Shown here: one piece after another, positions 15,894-26,357 of the stretch
How the letters are laid out: the number at the start of each line of letters is the position of its first letter
Numbering within the stretch: the stretch's first letter is position 1
NCBI RefSeq assembly: GCF_003072485.1
Contig: NZ_CP025989.1
Coordinates: 660,001-692,000 of the forward strand
DNA length: 32,000 nt
Reading direction: 5' to 3'
DNA from: Candidatus Fokinia solitaria
Lineage (GTDB): Bacteria > Pseudomonadota > Alphaproteobacteria > Rickettsiales > Midichloriaceae
Made by a program: the position numbers and the translations under genes
The notes under the pieces: generated by a model
Seen by the model: only the letters and a program-made list of their open reading frames with translations
What the model was told of the DNA's origin: nothing
The model's database searches: none

Positions 15894-18359
15894 CTACGCT
15901 ACAACTTTACTACTTGCTTCGATAAATGGCTTCATATCACTTATCGGCACATTGATAAAAATATCTTTTACAAGCGCGATTTCCAATACTTCTTTCATAG
16001 ATTTTACACCTATAATCTTCATATCGTTATGTACATAATTTTGGATATCTTGTAAATCTTTGACATTATCATGAGGAATAATAACAGTCTTGATACCTAT
16101 TCTTCTTGCAGCAAGTAATTTTTCTTTCAATCCTCCAATAGGTAAAACTCTGCCTGTTAAAGTCACTTCGCCAGTCATTGCTACATCATTGCGTACTGGC
16201 ACCTTCAGCATGATTGATGCTATTGCTGTGCATATTGCGATACCTGCTGATGGACCATCCTTCGGCGTTGCACCATCAGGTACGTGAAGATGTATATCCT
16301 TTTCAGAATGTACATTAGGCTCCACTAATACAGTCTCTGCTATACTTCTCATATATCCAATTGCGGTTAGAGCTGACTCTTTCATAACATCACCTAATTT
16401 CCCCGTAATTTGCACATTGCCTTTTCCTGGCATCAACACAGCTTCCAATTCGAGTACCTCTCCACCGTATTCTGTATATGCCAATCCTACCACTATACCG
16501 ATTCTTGCACCGTCATTTATAGGATTATCCTGGTATTTTCTCGCTCCTAAGAGGGTATTTAAATTATCTTCAGAGATTACAATACTCTTCTGAGTTGAGT
16601 TCGCTAATGTTCTTACAACTTTTCTACATACTTTTGCTAATTCACGCTCTAAATGCCGTACACCAGACTCTCTTGTGTAACCGCTAATAATTTCCTTCAC
16701 CGCATTTTCCGATATCTTCACTTCATCTTCGGTAATTTTATGCACCTCTCTCTGCTTTGGTAATAAATGCTGCATAAAAATGTGATACTTTTCTTCTTCT
16801 GAGTATCCAGAAATCTTTATTACTTCGAAACGATCCAAAAGCGGCGCTGGTATATCAAAAGAGTTAGCAGTAGCAACAAAGAATACATTAGAAATATCAT
16901 ATGATAACTCTAGGTAATTATCGGAAAACCTCTTATTTTCAACTGGATCTAATACATCTAAAAGCGTCGAAGCAGGATCGCTTCTATAATCCCTGCCCAT
17001 CTTATCTATCTCATCCAATAATATCACAGGATTAGAAACACCTACCTTTCTCATGGCGTGTATAATTCTACCTGGTATTGCACCAACATACGTACGTCTA
17101 TGTCCTTTTATCTCTGCATCATCACGTACTCCTCCGAGAGAAATCTTGGCTAGCGGACGCCCTAATGCCTGCGCTATAGAAGATGCTACTGATGTTTTAC
17201 CAACTCCAGGAGGACCAACAAAAAGTAAGATCGAACCATAACTATTATTCGTTCTTTTATACACCGCGAGATACTCCAATACTCTCTCTATTACTTTTTC
17301 CATACCATAGTGATGCGCACGTAGCACACTTTCAGCTTTTTCTAAATCTACTTCAGTTTCCAAATTCTCATTCCACGGTAAATCAAGTATACATTCTATG
17401 TAAAATTTGATAATAGCGGCCTCAGATGATATCGCATTTAAGTGGCGCAATTTCTTAAATTCAGAAAGTACCTTTTCTCTCGCTTCCGCAGAAAGTTTTT
17501 TTTGCGCAATCCTTTTTTCTAACTCTTCATATTCTTTATTCGGATCCTCTTCTCCTAATTCTTGATGAATTGCCTTTAACTGTTGAGTGAGATAGTAATT
17601 TTTATGATTTTCCCTAATCTGACTTTGAACTCTTTCCTTGATCGTATACTCAGTCTTCATTACTTCTACTTCTTCTTCTATATGAAAGAGCAATTTCTCA
17701 AGCTTTTTCTCAATATCAATCAACTCTAGAAGTTCTTGCTTTTTGGACACAGAAAGAGTGAGATGCACCGTTACTGCATCAGCAAGCAGAGTTTCATTAC
17801 CGATTTTTAAGATATTATCCAAAACATCAGGCGGAATTTTTTTGTAATCCTTTGCGTACTCCGAAAATGCATTCACTAAAGTATCTCGCAGCAGCGCAAC
17901 TCTTCTGCCATGAGTAGAAAGCACTTTTTTGTACTTGAGTTTTACTACACGTGCAGCAATATAGTCACCATTTTTTACGAATTTTACCACTTTGACTCTC
18001 TCTATACCTTCTGCAAACAGCTTTGCACTGCCATCATTTCCATTAAAGACCTGCAAAGTCTTCGAGAGTGCTCCTATTTTATATAAGTTACTTACCTCTG
18101 GTTCTTCATCTTTCGGATCTTTTTGCGTGACTAAAATAAGAGGTAATTTCTCTTTAGTTGCGACTTCTAATGCTCTGAGAGACGACTTACGTCCTATGAG
18201 AAGCGGCACTATCATTCTCGGAAACATCACTACATCTCGAAGAGGTAAAACAGGATATAGTATGGTATTTTCTGCGCTATTACGACGAGTTTTCTTCGTA
18301 GAGTCCTTTGCTTTATCAGAAAGCTCGCGCTCACGCCGCAGATTCTTGGATGCTGTCAT
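15894..18359 (-). CDS. lon: ATP-dependent protease La (Lon)
   Basis: LPLRDVVMFPRMIVPLLIGR, FVGPPGVGKTSVASSIAQALGRP, SLGGVRDDAEIKGHRRTYVGAIPGRI, DVLDPVENKRFSDNYLE, DGPSAGIAICTAIAS (catalytic Ser), GEVTLTGRVLPIGGLKEKLLAARR (catalytic Lys). Confidence 0.98.
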   Translation of the reverse strand: MTASKNLRRERELSDKAKDSTKKTRRNSAENTILYPVLPLRDVVMFPRMIVPLLIGRKSSLRALEVATKEKLPLILVTQKDPKDEEPEVSNLYKIGALSKTLQVFNGNDGSAKLFAEGIERVKVVKFVKNGDYIAARVVKLKYKKVLSTHGRRVALLRDTLVNAFSEYAKDYKKIPPDVLDNILKIGNETLLADAVTVHLTLSVSKKQELLELIDIEKKLEKLLFHIEEEVEVMKTEYTIKERVQSQIRENHKNYYLTQQLKAIHQELGEEDPNKEYEELEKRIAQKKLSAEAREKVLSEFKKLRHLNAISSEAAIIKFYIECILDLPWNENLETEVDLEKAESVLRAHHYGMEKVIERVLEYLAVYKRTNNSYGSILLFVGPPGVGKTSVASSIAQALGRPLAKISLGGVRDDAEIKGHRRTYVGAIPGRIIHAMRKVGVSNPVILLDEIDKMGRDYRSDPASTLLDVLDPVENKRFSDNYLELSYDISNVFFVATANSFDIPAPLLDRFEVIKISGYSEEEKYHIFMQHLLPKQREVHKITEDEVKISENAVKEIISGYTRESGVRHLERELAKVCRKVVRTLANSTQKSIVISEDNLNTLLGARKYQDNPINDGARIGIVVGLAYTEYGGEVLELEAVLMPGKGNVQITGKLGDVMKESALTAIGYMRSIAETVLVEPNVHSEKDIHLHVPDGATPKDGPSAGIAICTAIASIMLKVPVRNDVAMTGEVTLTGRVLPIGGLKEKLLAARRIGIKTVIIPHDNVKDLQDIQNYVHNDMKIIGVKSMKEVLEIALVKDIFINVPISDMKPFIEASSKVVA

Positions 18360-18467
18360 AAAAGTCTCCTAAAATTTATTGTTGAATCGAATATATGTCG
18401 AGGATAGCAGTTTTTCAAACTTTTAAAGAGAGTATATGTAAATAAAAGACTGTTAGCACTCAAAGTA

Positions 18468-18749
18468 CTATTCTTTCATAAGTACTATAATCTCTTTTTC
18501 ATCAGAAAACCCCATCACTCTCCTTAGAGTTTCTTCAACATAATCTCTCGATAAACTCTCCTTCAATAACTTTAATTCGTGCTCTAATGCAGCTTTTTCC
18601 CCTCTAAGTTCTTTTAATTCATCCGAGATTGCGTCATAATGAGAGTCTAGAACAAAATATGCACCGATACTATTTTCTCCTTGAAATAGATGATACATTG
18701 GATAAAGCAGAAGAACACCATATATGAGAAGCATTCTGTACCATTTCAT
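18468..18749 (-). CDS. Septum formation initiator family protein (FtsB/DivIC-like)
   Basis: Short protein with N-terminal TM followed by a coiled coil (ISDELKELRGEKAALEHELKLLKE) and DYVEETLRRVMGFSDEKEIIV. Confidence 0.75.
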   Translation of the reverse strand: MKWYRMLLIYGVLLLYPMYHLFQGENSIGAYFVLDSHYDAISDELKELRGEKAALEHELKLLKESLSRDYVEETLRRVMGFSDEKEIIVLMKE

Positions 18750-18853
18750 CGTTTTGCACTTCTATCGTTAAATGAATTTTCACTTACCAATTGAAAGGTA
18801 AATGTAAATTGTGCTACCATGTGTGATTATGAACCAACCTGTATTAGATTACA

Positions 18854-19201
18854 ATGCAGAATAAGATCGCAGTAGCAAAAAGCGCACCTATTAAAACAAG
18901 CGCTTTCAAAGCAAGTTTAGTTCTTTCTCTCGTAAGAGGACTTGATGTTCACGCTGCACTTTTGCAGTTGCAGTTTTCTAGAAAGAAGATTGCATACGAT
19001 GTGCATAAGCTTGTACGTTCCGCGATTGCAAATGCTGAACATAATTGCAATATGGATGTAGATAGATTGTACATCAGTAAAATACTTGTAAATCATGCAT
19101 TCTATCTAAAAAGATTCATGCCACGTGCTAAGGGGAGAGCGAATAGAATTATGAAGCCGTTCTCTAGAATATGTCTAGAACTTTCTGAAAGACAGATATA
19201 G
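18854..19201 (+). CDS. rplV: 50S ribosomal protein L22
   Basis: SAPIKTSAFKASLVLSLVRGLDVHAALLQLQFSRKKIAYDVHKLVRSAIANAEHNCNMDVDRLYISKILVNHAFYLKRFMPRAKGRANRIMKPFSRICLELSE matches the L22 consensus (SAIANAEHN...D...L.V......G..LKRF.PRA+GRA.RI.K..SHI...+SE). Confidence 0.92.
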   Translation: MQNKIAVAKSAPIKTSAFKASLVLSLVRGLDVHAALLQLQFSRKKIAYDVHKLVRSAIANAEHNCNMDVDRLYISKILVNHAFYLKRFMPRAKGRANRIMKPFSRICLELSERQI

Positions 19202-19251
19202 TACCTTGCGCGTTGTAAGAGCAGTTTTGTTTCAAGTGTGTAGTTTGTTGA

Positions 19252-21147
19252 TTGTATTTTATGAACAGGGATGGTATGGACGTTGGACAGTCAGTTGATA
19301 ATTTTACTTGGCTTTTCAAAACTCAAGAAGAAGACGTTTTGCGTAACGTTAGAAGGCGTCATAATATATCTGAGATCGTAGCGAAAATACTTATAAATAG
19401 AGGCTATTCTAAGCAGGAAGAGATAGACACTCTACTACATGTAAAATTATCTAAAATACTGCCTAACCCTTTCTTATTCAAAAGAATGAAGGAAGTAACG
19501 GCACTACTTCTCGATTCTATAGAAAGAAACGAAAGAATATATATTTTTACTGACTACGATACTGATGGTACAAGCGCAGCTGCTACTCTCATTACATTTT
19601 TCAACTCTATAAAATATAGCAACTTTGCAGTCTACATACCTAATAGAGCAACTGAAGGATATGGTCCTAATAACACTGCGATCTTAAAAATGAAAGAAGA
19701 CGGTGCAAAAATCATCGTCTATATGGATTGCGGTACTAATTCAGTATCTCAGATGGCGTTTGCAAATTCACTTGAAATGAAGTGTATAGTGCTAGATCAC
19801 CACAATGTAGAAGTAACAGATGAAGTGAATAACGAAACTATTATCATTAACCCTAACACTCACGGAGAAACTTTTCCATACAAGCAAATTTGCGCCACCA
19901 CGGTAGTACTCATCGTTGTAATAGCACTTAGAGCTGTGATGAGAGAGAAAAAATATTTTCAAAAGATTAACATCTTAGAGCCGGATATCACACCACTTAC
20001 GGCTTTTGCGGCATTAGGCACAGTATGTGACGTAATTCCTCTCAATCCATTAAATAGAGCGCTGATAATAGTTGGCATCAAAACAATGCGTAATCGCAAA
20101 ATATTAGGACTATCCGTAATACTAGATTATCTCAAGCTTGGCGATAAACTCAGCGTCTTTCACATAGGATACATGATAGGGCCTAGACTAAACGCAGGAG
20201 GAAGGATGGATACAGCAAACATAGCGCTTTCTCTGCTTATTGCGGACACCGTTGAAAACGCTAAAAAAGCGGCATTAACGTTAGAAGCACTAAATCAAGA
20301 AAGAAAAGTCGTTGAAGGCGATATCATGCATGAAATACTAGCAGAGATAGTACAAAATGATAATGATGGTAAAAGAGCAATCATTATCGTCAAAAATAAT
20401 CTACCTGCTGGCATAATGGGAATATTAGCAAATAGAGTCAAAGAGTATTCCAAAAAAACAGCTATCATAATTTCGATAGATACGGCACAAGAGAAAATTA
20501 AGGGCTCAATTCGTTCAATAGATGGTATCAATATTGTATCAATGCTGATGCATACAAAGCAAAACGGATTATTGTACGACGCAGGAGGGCATCCAATGGC
20601 CGGAGGATTTAATGCATCACTTCACAATTTACCAAAGATTGTAGAAGAATTTGAATCTTTCATGAATAAGGCGGAAGATTACGATATATATTCGCACAAA
20701 ATGAAGACTTTAGAGATAGATGCGATATTATCAGTCACAGCAATGGATGAAAGATTAATTAAAGAAATTAGAATACTTGAACCTTTTGGCGCTGGATATC
20801 CATATCCAAGATTTTTGCTGCAAAATGCTAAAATCATTAGAGCGGTAGTAATTCAAAATATTCATGTCAGCGTCACAATAGCGCCACCTTTTCCACGTAA
20901 ACAAAAAAATATTACATGTTTTCTCTTCAGAGGCGCAGAAAGTAAAATAGGAAAATTCTTAATGAATAATATAGGAAATATAGTAGATGTAGTAGGCGTA
21001 TTTAAAATAGAAGGTAATCTAGGTGCGAAATTCAGTATCGCTATAGAAGATGCATCCTCTATTGTAAGGCAAAAACGCGCGAATACAAAACGTTATCAAG
21101 AGACAAGGTATAAAAAAAATAGAGGAGAACGTATAGTATCGCGGTAA
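19252..21147 (+). CDS. recJ: Single-stranded-DNA-specific exonuclease RecJ
   Basis: FTDYDTDGTSAAATLI, IYMDCGTNS, VLDHHNVEV, INPNTH, ALGTVCDVIPLNPLNR, IGPRLNAGGRMDTA, AGGHPMAGGFNASL. Start could be 19252 or the in-frame ATG at 19261. Confidence 0.93.
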   Translation: MYFMNRDGMDVGQSVDNFTWLFKTQEEDVLRNVRRRHNISEIVAKILINRGYSKQEEIDTLLHVKLSKILPNPFLFKRMKEVTALLLDSIERNERIYIFTDYDTDGTSAAATLITFFNSIKYSNFAVYIPNRATEGYGPNNTAILKMKEDGAKIIVYMDCGTNSVSQMAFANSLEMKCIVLDHHNVEVTDEVNNETIIINPNTHGETFPYKQICATTVVLIVVIALRAVMREKKYFQKINILEPDITPLTAFAALGTVCDVIPLNPLNRALIIVGIKTMRNRKILGLSVILDYLKLGDKLSVFHIGYMIGPRLNAGGRMDTANIALSLLIADTVENAKKAALTLEALNQERKVVEGDIMHEILAEIVQNDNDGKRAIIIVKNNLPAGIMGILANRVKEYSKKTAIIISIDTAQEKIKGSIRSIDGINIVSMLMHTKQNGLLYDAGGHPMAGGFNASLHNLPKIVEEFESFMNKAEDYDIYSHKMKTLEIDAILSVTAMDERLIKEIRILEPFGAGYPYPRFLLQNAKIIRAVVIQNIHVSVTIAPPFPRKQKNITCFLFRGAESKIGKFLMNNIGNIVDVVGVFKIEGNLGAKFSIAIEDASSIVRQKRANTKRYQETRYKKNRGERIVSR

Positions 21148-21244
21148 TTTAACATTGATATAAATAATTCTACAAATTGCATTTGCTTTTAAAAGAATCC
21201 AACATATATCTACGGATATAAGTGTCTAATTATTAAATTGTTTT

Positions 21245-23161
21245 ATGAGTAAAGTAATCGGTATCGATCTGGGCACAACAAATTCTTGTGTCGCAATTAT
21301 GGAGGGAAAAAATCCGAAGGTGATAGAAAACGCTGAAGGTACAAGAACTACTCCATCTTTCGTCGCATATGTAGAAGGTAATACTACTGTAGTAGGTGCG
21401 CCCGCAAAAAGGCAAGCAATCACCAATCCATCTAAGACGATATTTGAAGTCAAAAGATTAATAGGAACGAAGTTTGACGATAAGTTTGTACAAGATTCTG
21501 TAGAACATCTACCGTATAGAGTCGTTGCAGGGCCACATCAAGATTCTTGGGTAGAAGTAGATGGAAAAAAGCTCTCTCCAAGTCAAGTAAGTGCGGAAAT
21601 TTTGAAAAAAATGAAAGCCACTGCTGAAGCTTTCTTAGGTTATAAAGTAACGGAAGCTGTTATTACTGTACCAGCATACTTCAATGATTCTCAAAGACAA
21701 GCTACAAAGGATGCGGGGAAAATAGCAGGATTAGAAGTACTGAGAATAATAAATGAGCCAACTGCTGCAGCGCTGGCATACGGTCTTGATAAAGGAAATA
21801 AAAGTCAAACAGTTGCAGTATATGACTTAGGTGGAGGTACGTTTGATGTATCGATACTGGAAGTGAGTGATGGAGTATTTGAAGTAAAATCTACAAGCGG
21901 TGATACTACTCTCGGAGGAGGTGATTTCGATAATAGAATCATCCAATTCTTATGCGATGAGTTCAAAGCGCAAAATAGTGTAGATTTAACAAATGATAAA
22001 TTTGCATTACAGAGACTTAAAGAAGCAGCTGAAAAAGCAAAAATAGAGCTTTCCAGCACAATGGAAACTGATATTAACCTTCCGTATATTACGGCAGATG
22101 CATCAGGGCCTAAACATCTGACAGTGAAGATGACTCGCGCAAAACTTGAAAGTATTACAAAAGATCTGATAGAAAAGACAGTCGCGCCATGCCAAAATGC
22201 TCTAAAAGATGCAGGAGTTAGCATAGGACAAATAGACGAAGTAATCCTTGTAGGAGGAATGACAAGGATGCCAGCTGTTGTTGAGAAAGTTAAAGAAATA
22301 TTTGGCAAAGAACCGCACAAAGGAGTAAATCCTGATGAAGTTGTTGCAATAGGTGCCGCAATACAAGGCGGTATCATCAAAGGTGATATAAAAGACATCC
22401 TTTTACTTGATGTAATTCCTTTAACACTCGGTATAGAAACTATGGGAGGAGTAGCAACACCTTTGATCCCTAAAAATACCACAATTCCATCGAAGAAATC
22501 ACAGATATTTTCCACTGCAGCTGATAATCAAACTGCCGTTACAATACGTATAGTGCAAGGAGAGCGCAAATTTGCAAAGGACAATAGAGAGTTAGGTATA
22601 TTCACGTTAGAAGGTATCCCCCCTTCTCCTAGAGGAATACCACAAATTGAAGTTGAATTTAACGTAGATGCAAATGGTATATTGCATGTATCTGCGCGCG
22701 ATAAGTCCAGTGGTAAAGAACAGAGAATTACTATACAGTCTTCTAGCGGATTATCCGATGATGACATACAGAGAATGATAAAAGAAGCAGAACAAGCAGC
22801 AGAAGAAGATGCTAAAAAGCATACTCTAGTAGAGTTAAGAAATAGTGCTGATTCAGCAATTCATTCAGCCGAAAAATCCATGTCAGAACATGGAGATAAG
22901 ATCTCGCAAGAAATTAAAGATTCTGTAAATAATGCAATCTCTACTCTTAAATCCGTGATGGATTCAGATGATCCAGAAGTATTAAAAGAAAAGATACAAG
23001 CATTGAATAATGCTTTGATCGCTATAGGGCAGCATATGCATCAAGGTAGTGAAACAAGCAGTAATGGAGAAAATGCTCAGACAGATCAAAGCGGCGAAAA
23101 GAAAGAAGATGAGTATGTTGATGCTGATTACGAAGAGGTAAAAGAAGACGAGAAGAAATAG
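21245..23161 (+). CDS. dnaK: Molecular chaperone DnaK (Hsp70)
   Basis: [104 protein letters not shown]. Confidence 0.99.
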   Translation: MSKVIGIDLGTTNSCVAIMEGKNPKVIENAEGTRTTPSFVAYVEGNTTVVGAPAKRQAITNPSKTIFEVKRLIGTKFDDKFVQDSVEHLPYRVVAGPHQDSWVEVDGKKLSPSQVSAEILKKMKATAEAFLGYKVTEAVITVPAYFNDSQRQATKDAGKIAGLEVLRIINEPTAAALAYGLDKGNKSQTVAVYDLGGGTFDVSILEVSDGVFEVKSTSGDTTLGGGDFDNRIIQFLCDEFKAQNSVDLTNDKFALQRLKEAAEKAKIELSSTMETDINLPYITADASGPKHLTVKMTRAKLESITKDLIEKTVAPCQNALKDAGVSIGQIDEVILVGGMTRMPAVVEKVKEIFGKEPHKGVNPDEVVAIGAAIQGGIIKGDIKDILLLDVIPLTLGIETMGGVATPLIPKNTTIPSKKSQIFSTAADNQTAVTIRIVQGERKFAKDNRELGIFTLEGIPPSPRGIPQIEVEFNVDANGILHVSARDKSSGKEQRITIQSSSGLSDDDIQRMIKEAEQAAEEDAKKHTLVELRNSADSAIHSAEKSMSEHGDKISQEIKDSVNNAISTLKSVMDSDDPEVLKEKIQALNNALIAIGQHMHQGSETSSNGENAQTDQSGEKKEDEYVDADYEEVKEDEKK

Positions 23162-23602
23162 TACCACGATGAACGTGTTCGAGTGCCATGCATTCGATTC
23201 ACGTTTATCATCGCTAATATGCGTATGTGTAAGCTACTTGCAAAACATCAGTAGAGAGTATAAGCAGCATGAATAATGCAATCTGCGTAGTTAGAAGCAT
23301 CGTTCATCAAATGCCGCTACAGTACTAATCATATAGTGCTAAAACACGATAAAGAATAATCTCAACAATTTACAATCAACGATTTCTATCATTCTGAAGT
23401 CTTCATGATTATCAAAAATTAGCTGAAAAAAGCTACTGATAGCAATAACGCTACAATTAAAACTATCACATAGAAAAGCTCTCATTACGAAGTCATCACA
23501 CTACTACTACCTCTTAATCGTTCCGCAATTTCCGCGACAAAGGTATTGAAAATAGCCCTGTAATTACTTAGCATGCAGGTACTTCAATTTTTACACATAG
23601 AT

Positions 23603-23863
23603 ATGCCTTTTTCCGCCTTATGCTTTGTGATATACACATCGCTAATGACTTTGATATTTCCTCAAAGCAATGCAATTGCGGAAACTGAAATCTCATATAA
23701 TACCGAAGTAAGTACCATTACTAAGATGGTACTGAGTGCTGAAATCGCTGATGAAATTCAGCGCAAAAAAGTTGGATATCATTATAGAAAAGGACATTCT
23801 TGCACTAGCAAAAAAGGTCGTACTTATTATAGAAGAGGACATTACTATCATAGAAGAAAATAG
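23603..23863 (+). CDS. Small predicted exported protein with a cationic His/Tyr/Arg-rich tail (divergent member of the signal-peptide cassette family)
   Basis: In-frame ATG at 23603 gives MPFSALCFVIYTSLMTLIFPQSNAIAETEISYNT..., aligning to the 26263/27079 products (MPLLILCFAVCASLITPLLQSHAITKTEISYSA). Tail is KKVGYHYRKGHSCTSKKGRTYYRRGHYYHRRK. Confidence 0.6.
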   Translation: MPFSALCFVIYTSLMTLIFPQSNAIAETEISYNTEVSTITKMVLSAEIADEIQRKKVGYHYRKGHSCTSKKGRTYYRRGHYYHRRK

Positions 23864-23943
23864 TAAGTCAAAGAATAGTAGTAGCGGGAGTTTTTCACCT
23901 TCTGCAAATCTAAAATAGCGTCGCAGTGCTATAACTTTTCAAG

Positions 23944-24082
23944 TGTTGCAAGTTGTGTTGTGATTATCTAGCATACGCATGTTTTAATTCTCATGTGTAG
24001 ATATGCCTCTGCTGATCTTGTGCTTTGCAGTGTGTGCATCGCTAATAACTCCCCTTCTTCAAAGCGATGCAGCGATAAAGCC
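23944..24082 (+). repeat. Signal-peptide cassette direct repeat, copy A (partial)
   Basis: gttgcaagttgtgttgtgattatctagcatacgcatgttttaattctcatgtgtagatatgcctctgctgatcttgtgctttgcagtgtgtgcatcgctaataactccccttcttcaaagc, nearly identical to copies B and C. Confidence 0.95.
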
Positions 24083-26066
24083 AAATAAATTTCGCACTTA
24101 TTCTAACAATAATCATGGTAATGATGAGCTTTATAATGCAATAGTGCAAGCGGCTATCGCTAGAGAGTTCAGCCAGCCATTACCACCTACTCAGCATGAA
24201 CAGGAACTGCTAGATTTGGCGCAAGCTAAGCATGATGCTGAAGTTGAAAATCTGAAAGAAGATAATAAAAGGAAAGAAGCGGCGAGAAAAGAAGCAGCTG
24301 AAATAGCAAAATGGGAAAGGTTAAAGGCGGCAGCAGACGCTGAGAAAGCAAAATCAGAAAAATTGAAGGCAGATTCAGATGCGAGGAAAGCAATAGAAGA
24401 GAAGATAAAAAATATAGCAAAAGATGCACAATATATATCAGTTATAGATGACATTGAGGCGAATAAAGTGAAAATGATGAGAATACTAAAGAGAAATCCA
24501 GAAATGCTGGAGAAAATGCAGAATGATTCTGCGTTAGAAGAGTATATAAATAAAATAATGAGTGACGCCTATAATACTGAAACTAAAAGATATGAATTTA
24601 ATATAGGGAGTCTTGCGACATTTTATACTAAGTATGGCCTTGAAAGGGAAGATGCTAGAGAGCTAGCGTGGTTATGTAGAAGAATTTTAAAAGAAACTGG
24701 CTTTTTGATGGCTGTTACAAGAGCGAAAGGCGATATCATTAGTGAGCGATATAATACACTAGATCTTGAAACATTGATGATGGAGATTAGAGAGAATAAA
24801 AGTGATATGATAGATACTTATTTGCAAAGAGTAAGGACGGCAACACTGACGCAGATGACAGGTGAATTATTATCATTAAAAGAAAGGGGCGTTATATCGC
24901 AGAAAAGATATGACGGCATAATTGAAGATATATTTCCAGAAAACAGTATACTATCTCCTTATTCACAAGAGATGTATGAAGAACTTACTAATAAAAAACA
25001 TGCTTCATATGGAACAAAGGAAGCGCGGGAGGAATATGATATTAATTACGAGGAAGGAAAAGAGAACGATGAACGGCAAGAGGATAATGTATCAGCTGTA
25101 GTAGCTAATATGAATAATAATGATGGTAACGATGTTACTGATGATACTATTACTGGAGGAGACGGAGATAATGGCGGTGATAATATCGTTAACAATCCTC
25201 CGGCTAACAATAACGATGGCGGTAGTATCAAGAATAATAAAATTAATAGCGCGCATCCTATAGGAATGGACAATGATACGGCCAATGCTATGGCGGATGC
25301 TAAGAGTATTATTAATGCGAAGAACTTTCGAGATTTACCAGGTGGACAAATAGCAAGCGCAATAGCAAAATCAGCGACAAAAGCCGCTATTGAATTACCA
25401 ACAGCACCTGATCAGATTATTCGTTTTGTTGGAGATTTAATACAACGAGGAGTAAAAGGGAAGAAAAATTTTAAGCCAATGAGGCCAGTATTAGATTACG
25501 CATTAGATGCTTCGGATAAAGCATTACCAGGTATAAGTAAGACATTAAGGCCTCTTGCAGATGTGTTCTCTTTAGAAGGGCAGGCTAGATTGGCGAAAGA
25601 GGTAGGACTAGAGGATAATTTAGGACTGACTCGAGAGGAGAAAGATAATCCTATAGCGAATACAGCTGCACATATAGCGGATTTCGCTGTAGGGTATGGT
25701 AAATTAAATACTCCATTAAAAGCGATGAAAGCTATAAATCCGACTGTAGCATTAAACGTATTTCGAAAAGATATCCCGAACGCACTAAAGGAAGGCGGTA
25801 AGATAGCCAAAGATGTTGGATCATGGATCGGAAGTAAAGGAGAGAATTTACCTAAAGTATGGCAAGGAATTAAAAAAGCAAAAGAAGGGATGACATCGGC
25901 ACTAAGAGAGACGGTTAAATCAAAGGGTACAAATATAGCAGAGATGGTAGCGCGAAGTAAAATAATACCACATTCTCTACTTAATGCTGCGAAAGGCGCG
26001 GGTAAAATACTAGTATATGAAGTAGCACGTGGCAATCTCAAAGGAGATGATATCTATGTACTATAG
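24003..26066 (+). CDS. Large predicted exported hypothetical protein with Asn/Gly/Asp-rich linker
   Basis: 687-aa ORF with signal peptide MPLLILCFAVCASLITPLLQSDA. Charged helical N-terminal half, NNNDGNDVTDDTITGGDGDNGGDNIVNNPPANNNDGG linker, and a C-terminal half with Lys/Gly-rich helical repeats. Confidence 0.8.
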   Translation: MPLLILCFAVCASLITPLLQSDAAIKPNKFRTYSNNNHGNDELYNAIVQAAIAREFSQPLPPTQHEQELLDLAQAKHDAEVENLKEDNKRKEAARKEAAEIAKWERLKAAADAEKAKSEKLKADSDARKAIEEKIKNIAKDAQYISVIDDIEANKVKMMRILKRNPEMLEKMQNDSALEEYINKIMSDAYNTETKRYEFNIGSLATFYTKYGLEREDARELAWLCRRILKETGFLMAVTRAKGDIISERYNTLDLETLMMEIRENKSDMIDTYLQRVRTATLTQMTGELLSLKERGVISQKRYDGIIEDIFPENSILSPYSQEMYEELTNKKHASYGTKEAREEYDINYEEGKENDERQEDNVSAVVANMNNNDGNDVTDDTITGGDGDNGGDNIVNNPPANNNDGGSIKNNKINSAHPIGMDNDTANAMADAKSIINAKNFRDLPGGQIASAIAKSATKAAIELPTAPDQIIRFVGDLIQRGVKGKKNFKPMRPVLDYALDASDKALPGISKTLRPLADVFSLEGQARLAKEVGLEDNLGLTREEKDNPIANTAAHIADFAVGYGKLNTPLKAMKAINPTVALNVFRKDIPNALKEGGKIAKDVGSWIGSKGENLPKVWQGIKKAKEGMTSALRETVKSKGTNIAEMVARSKIIPHSLLNAAKGAGKILVYEVARGNLKGDDIYVL

Positions 26067-26357
26067 CACGCCATTCTGAGGGATATAAGTGGTGGGAAAA
26101 CAGTTATCTCATACGATAATGGTACTCTGACAATTCGCAGTCATTTCCATCACTACCCTCTTCTACAAACTCAGACTGATACGGTATTTTATGATTATCT
26201 GAGTATTGCAAGTTGTGTTGTGATTATCTAGCATACGCATGCTTTAATTCTCATGTGTAGACATGCCTCTACTGATCTTGTGCTTTGCAGTGTGTGCATC
26301 GCTGATAACTCCCCTTCTTCAAAGCCACGCAATCACGAAAACTGAGATTTCATATAG
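26058..26357 (+). repeat. ~300 bp direct repeat, copy B
   Basis: From gtactatagcacgccatt... to ...ctgagatttcatatag. Matches copy C at a constant offset of 816 bp with only about 8 mismatches noticed by eye. Confidence 0.95.

Noticed and set aside
21805-22515. 236-aa minus-strand ORF inside dnaK
   Set aside because: dnaK on the plus strand is unequivocal and conserved over its full length; long antisense ORFs in dnaK are a common artefact.
23162-23572. ~410 bp gap after dnaK, checked for tRNA or ncRNA
   Set aside because: No cloverleaf, T-loop signature or conserved RNA motif recognised by eye.
25496-26041. 181-aa minus-strand ORF inside the 687-aa gene
   Set aside because: No start-region signals. 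The plus-strand frame has a signal peptide and a continuous longer ORF.
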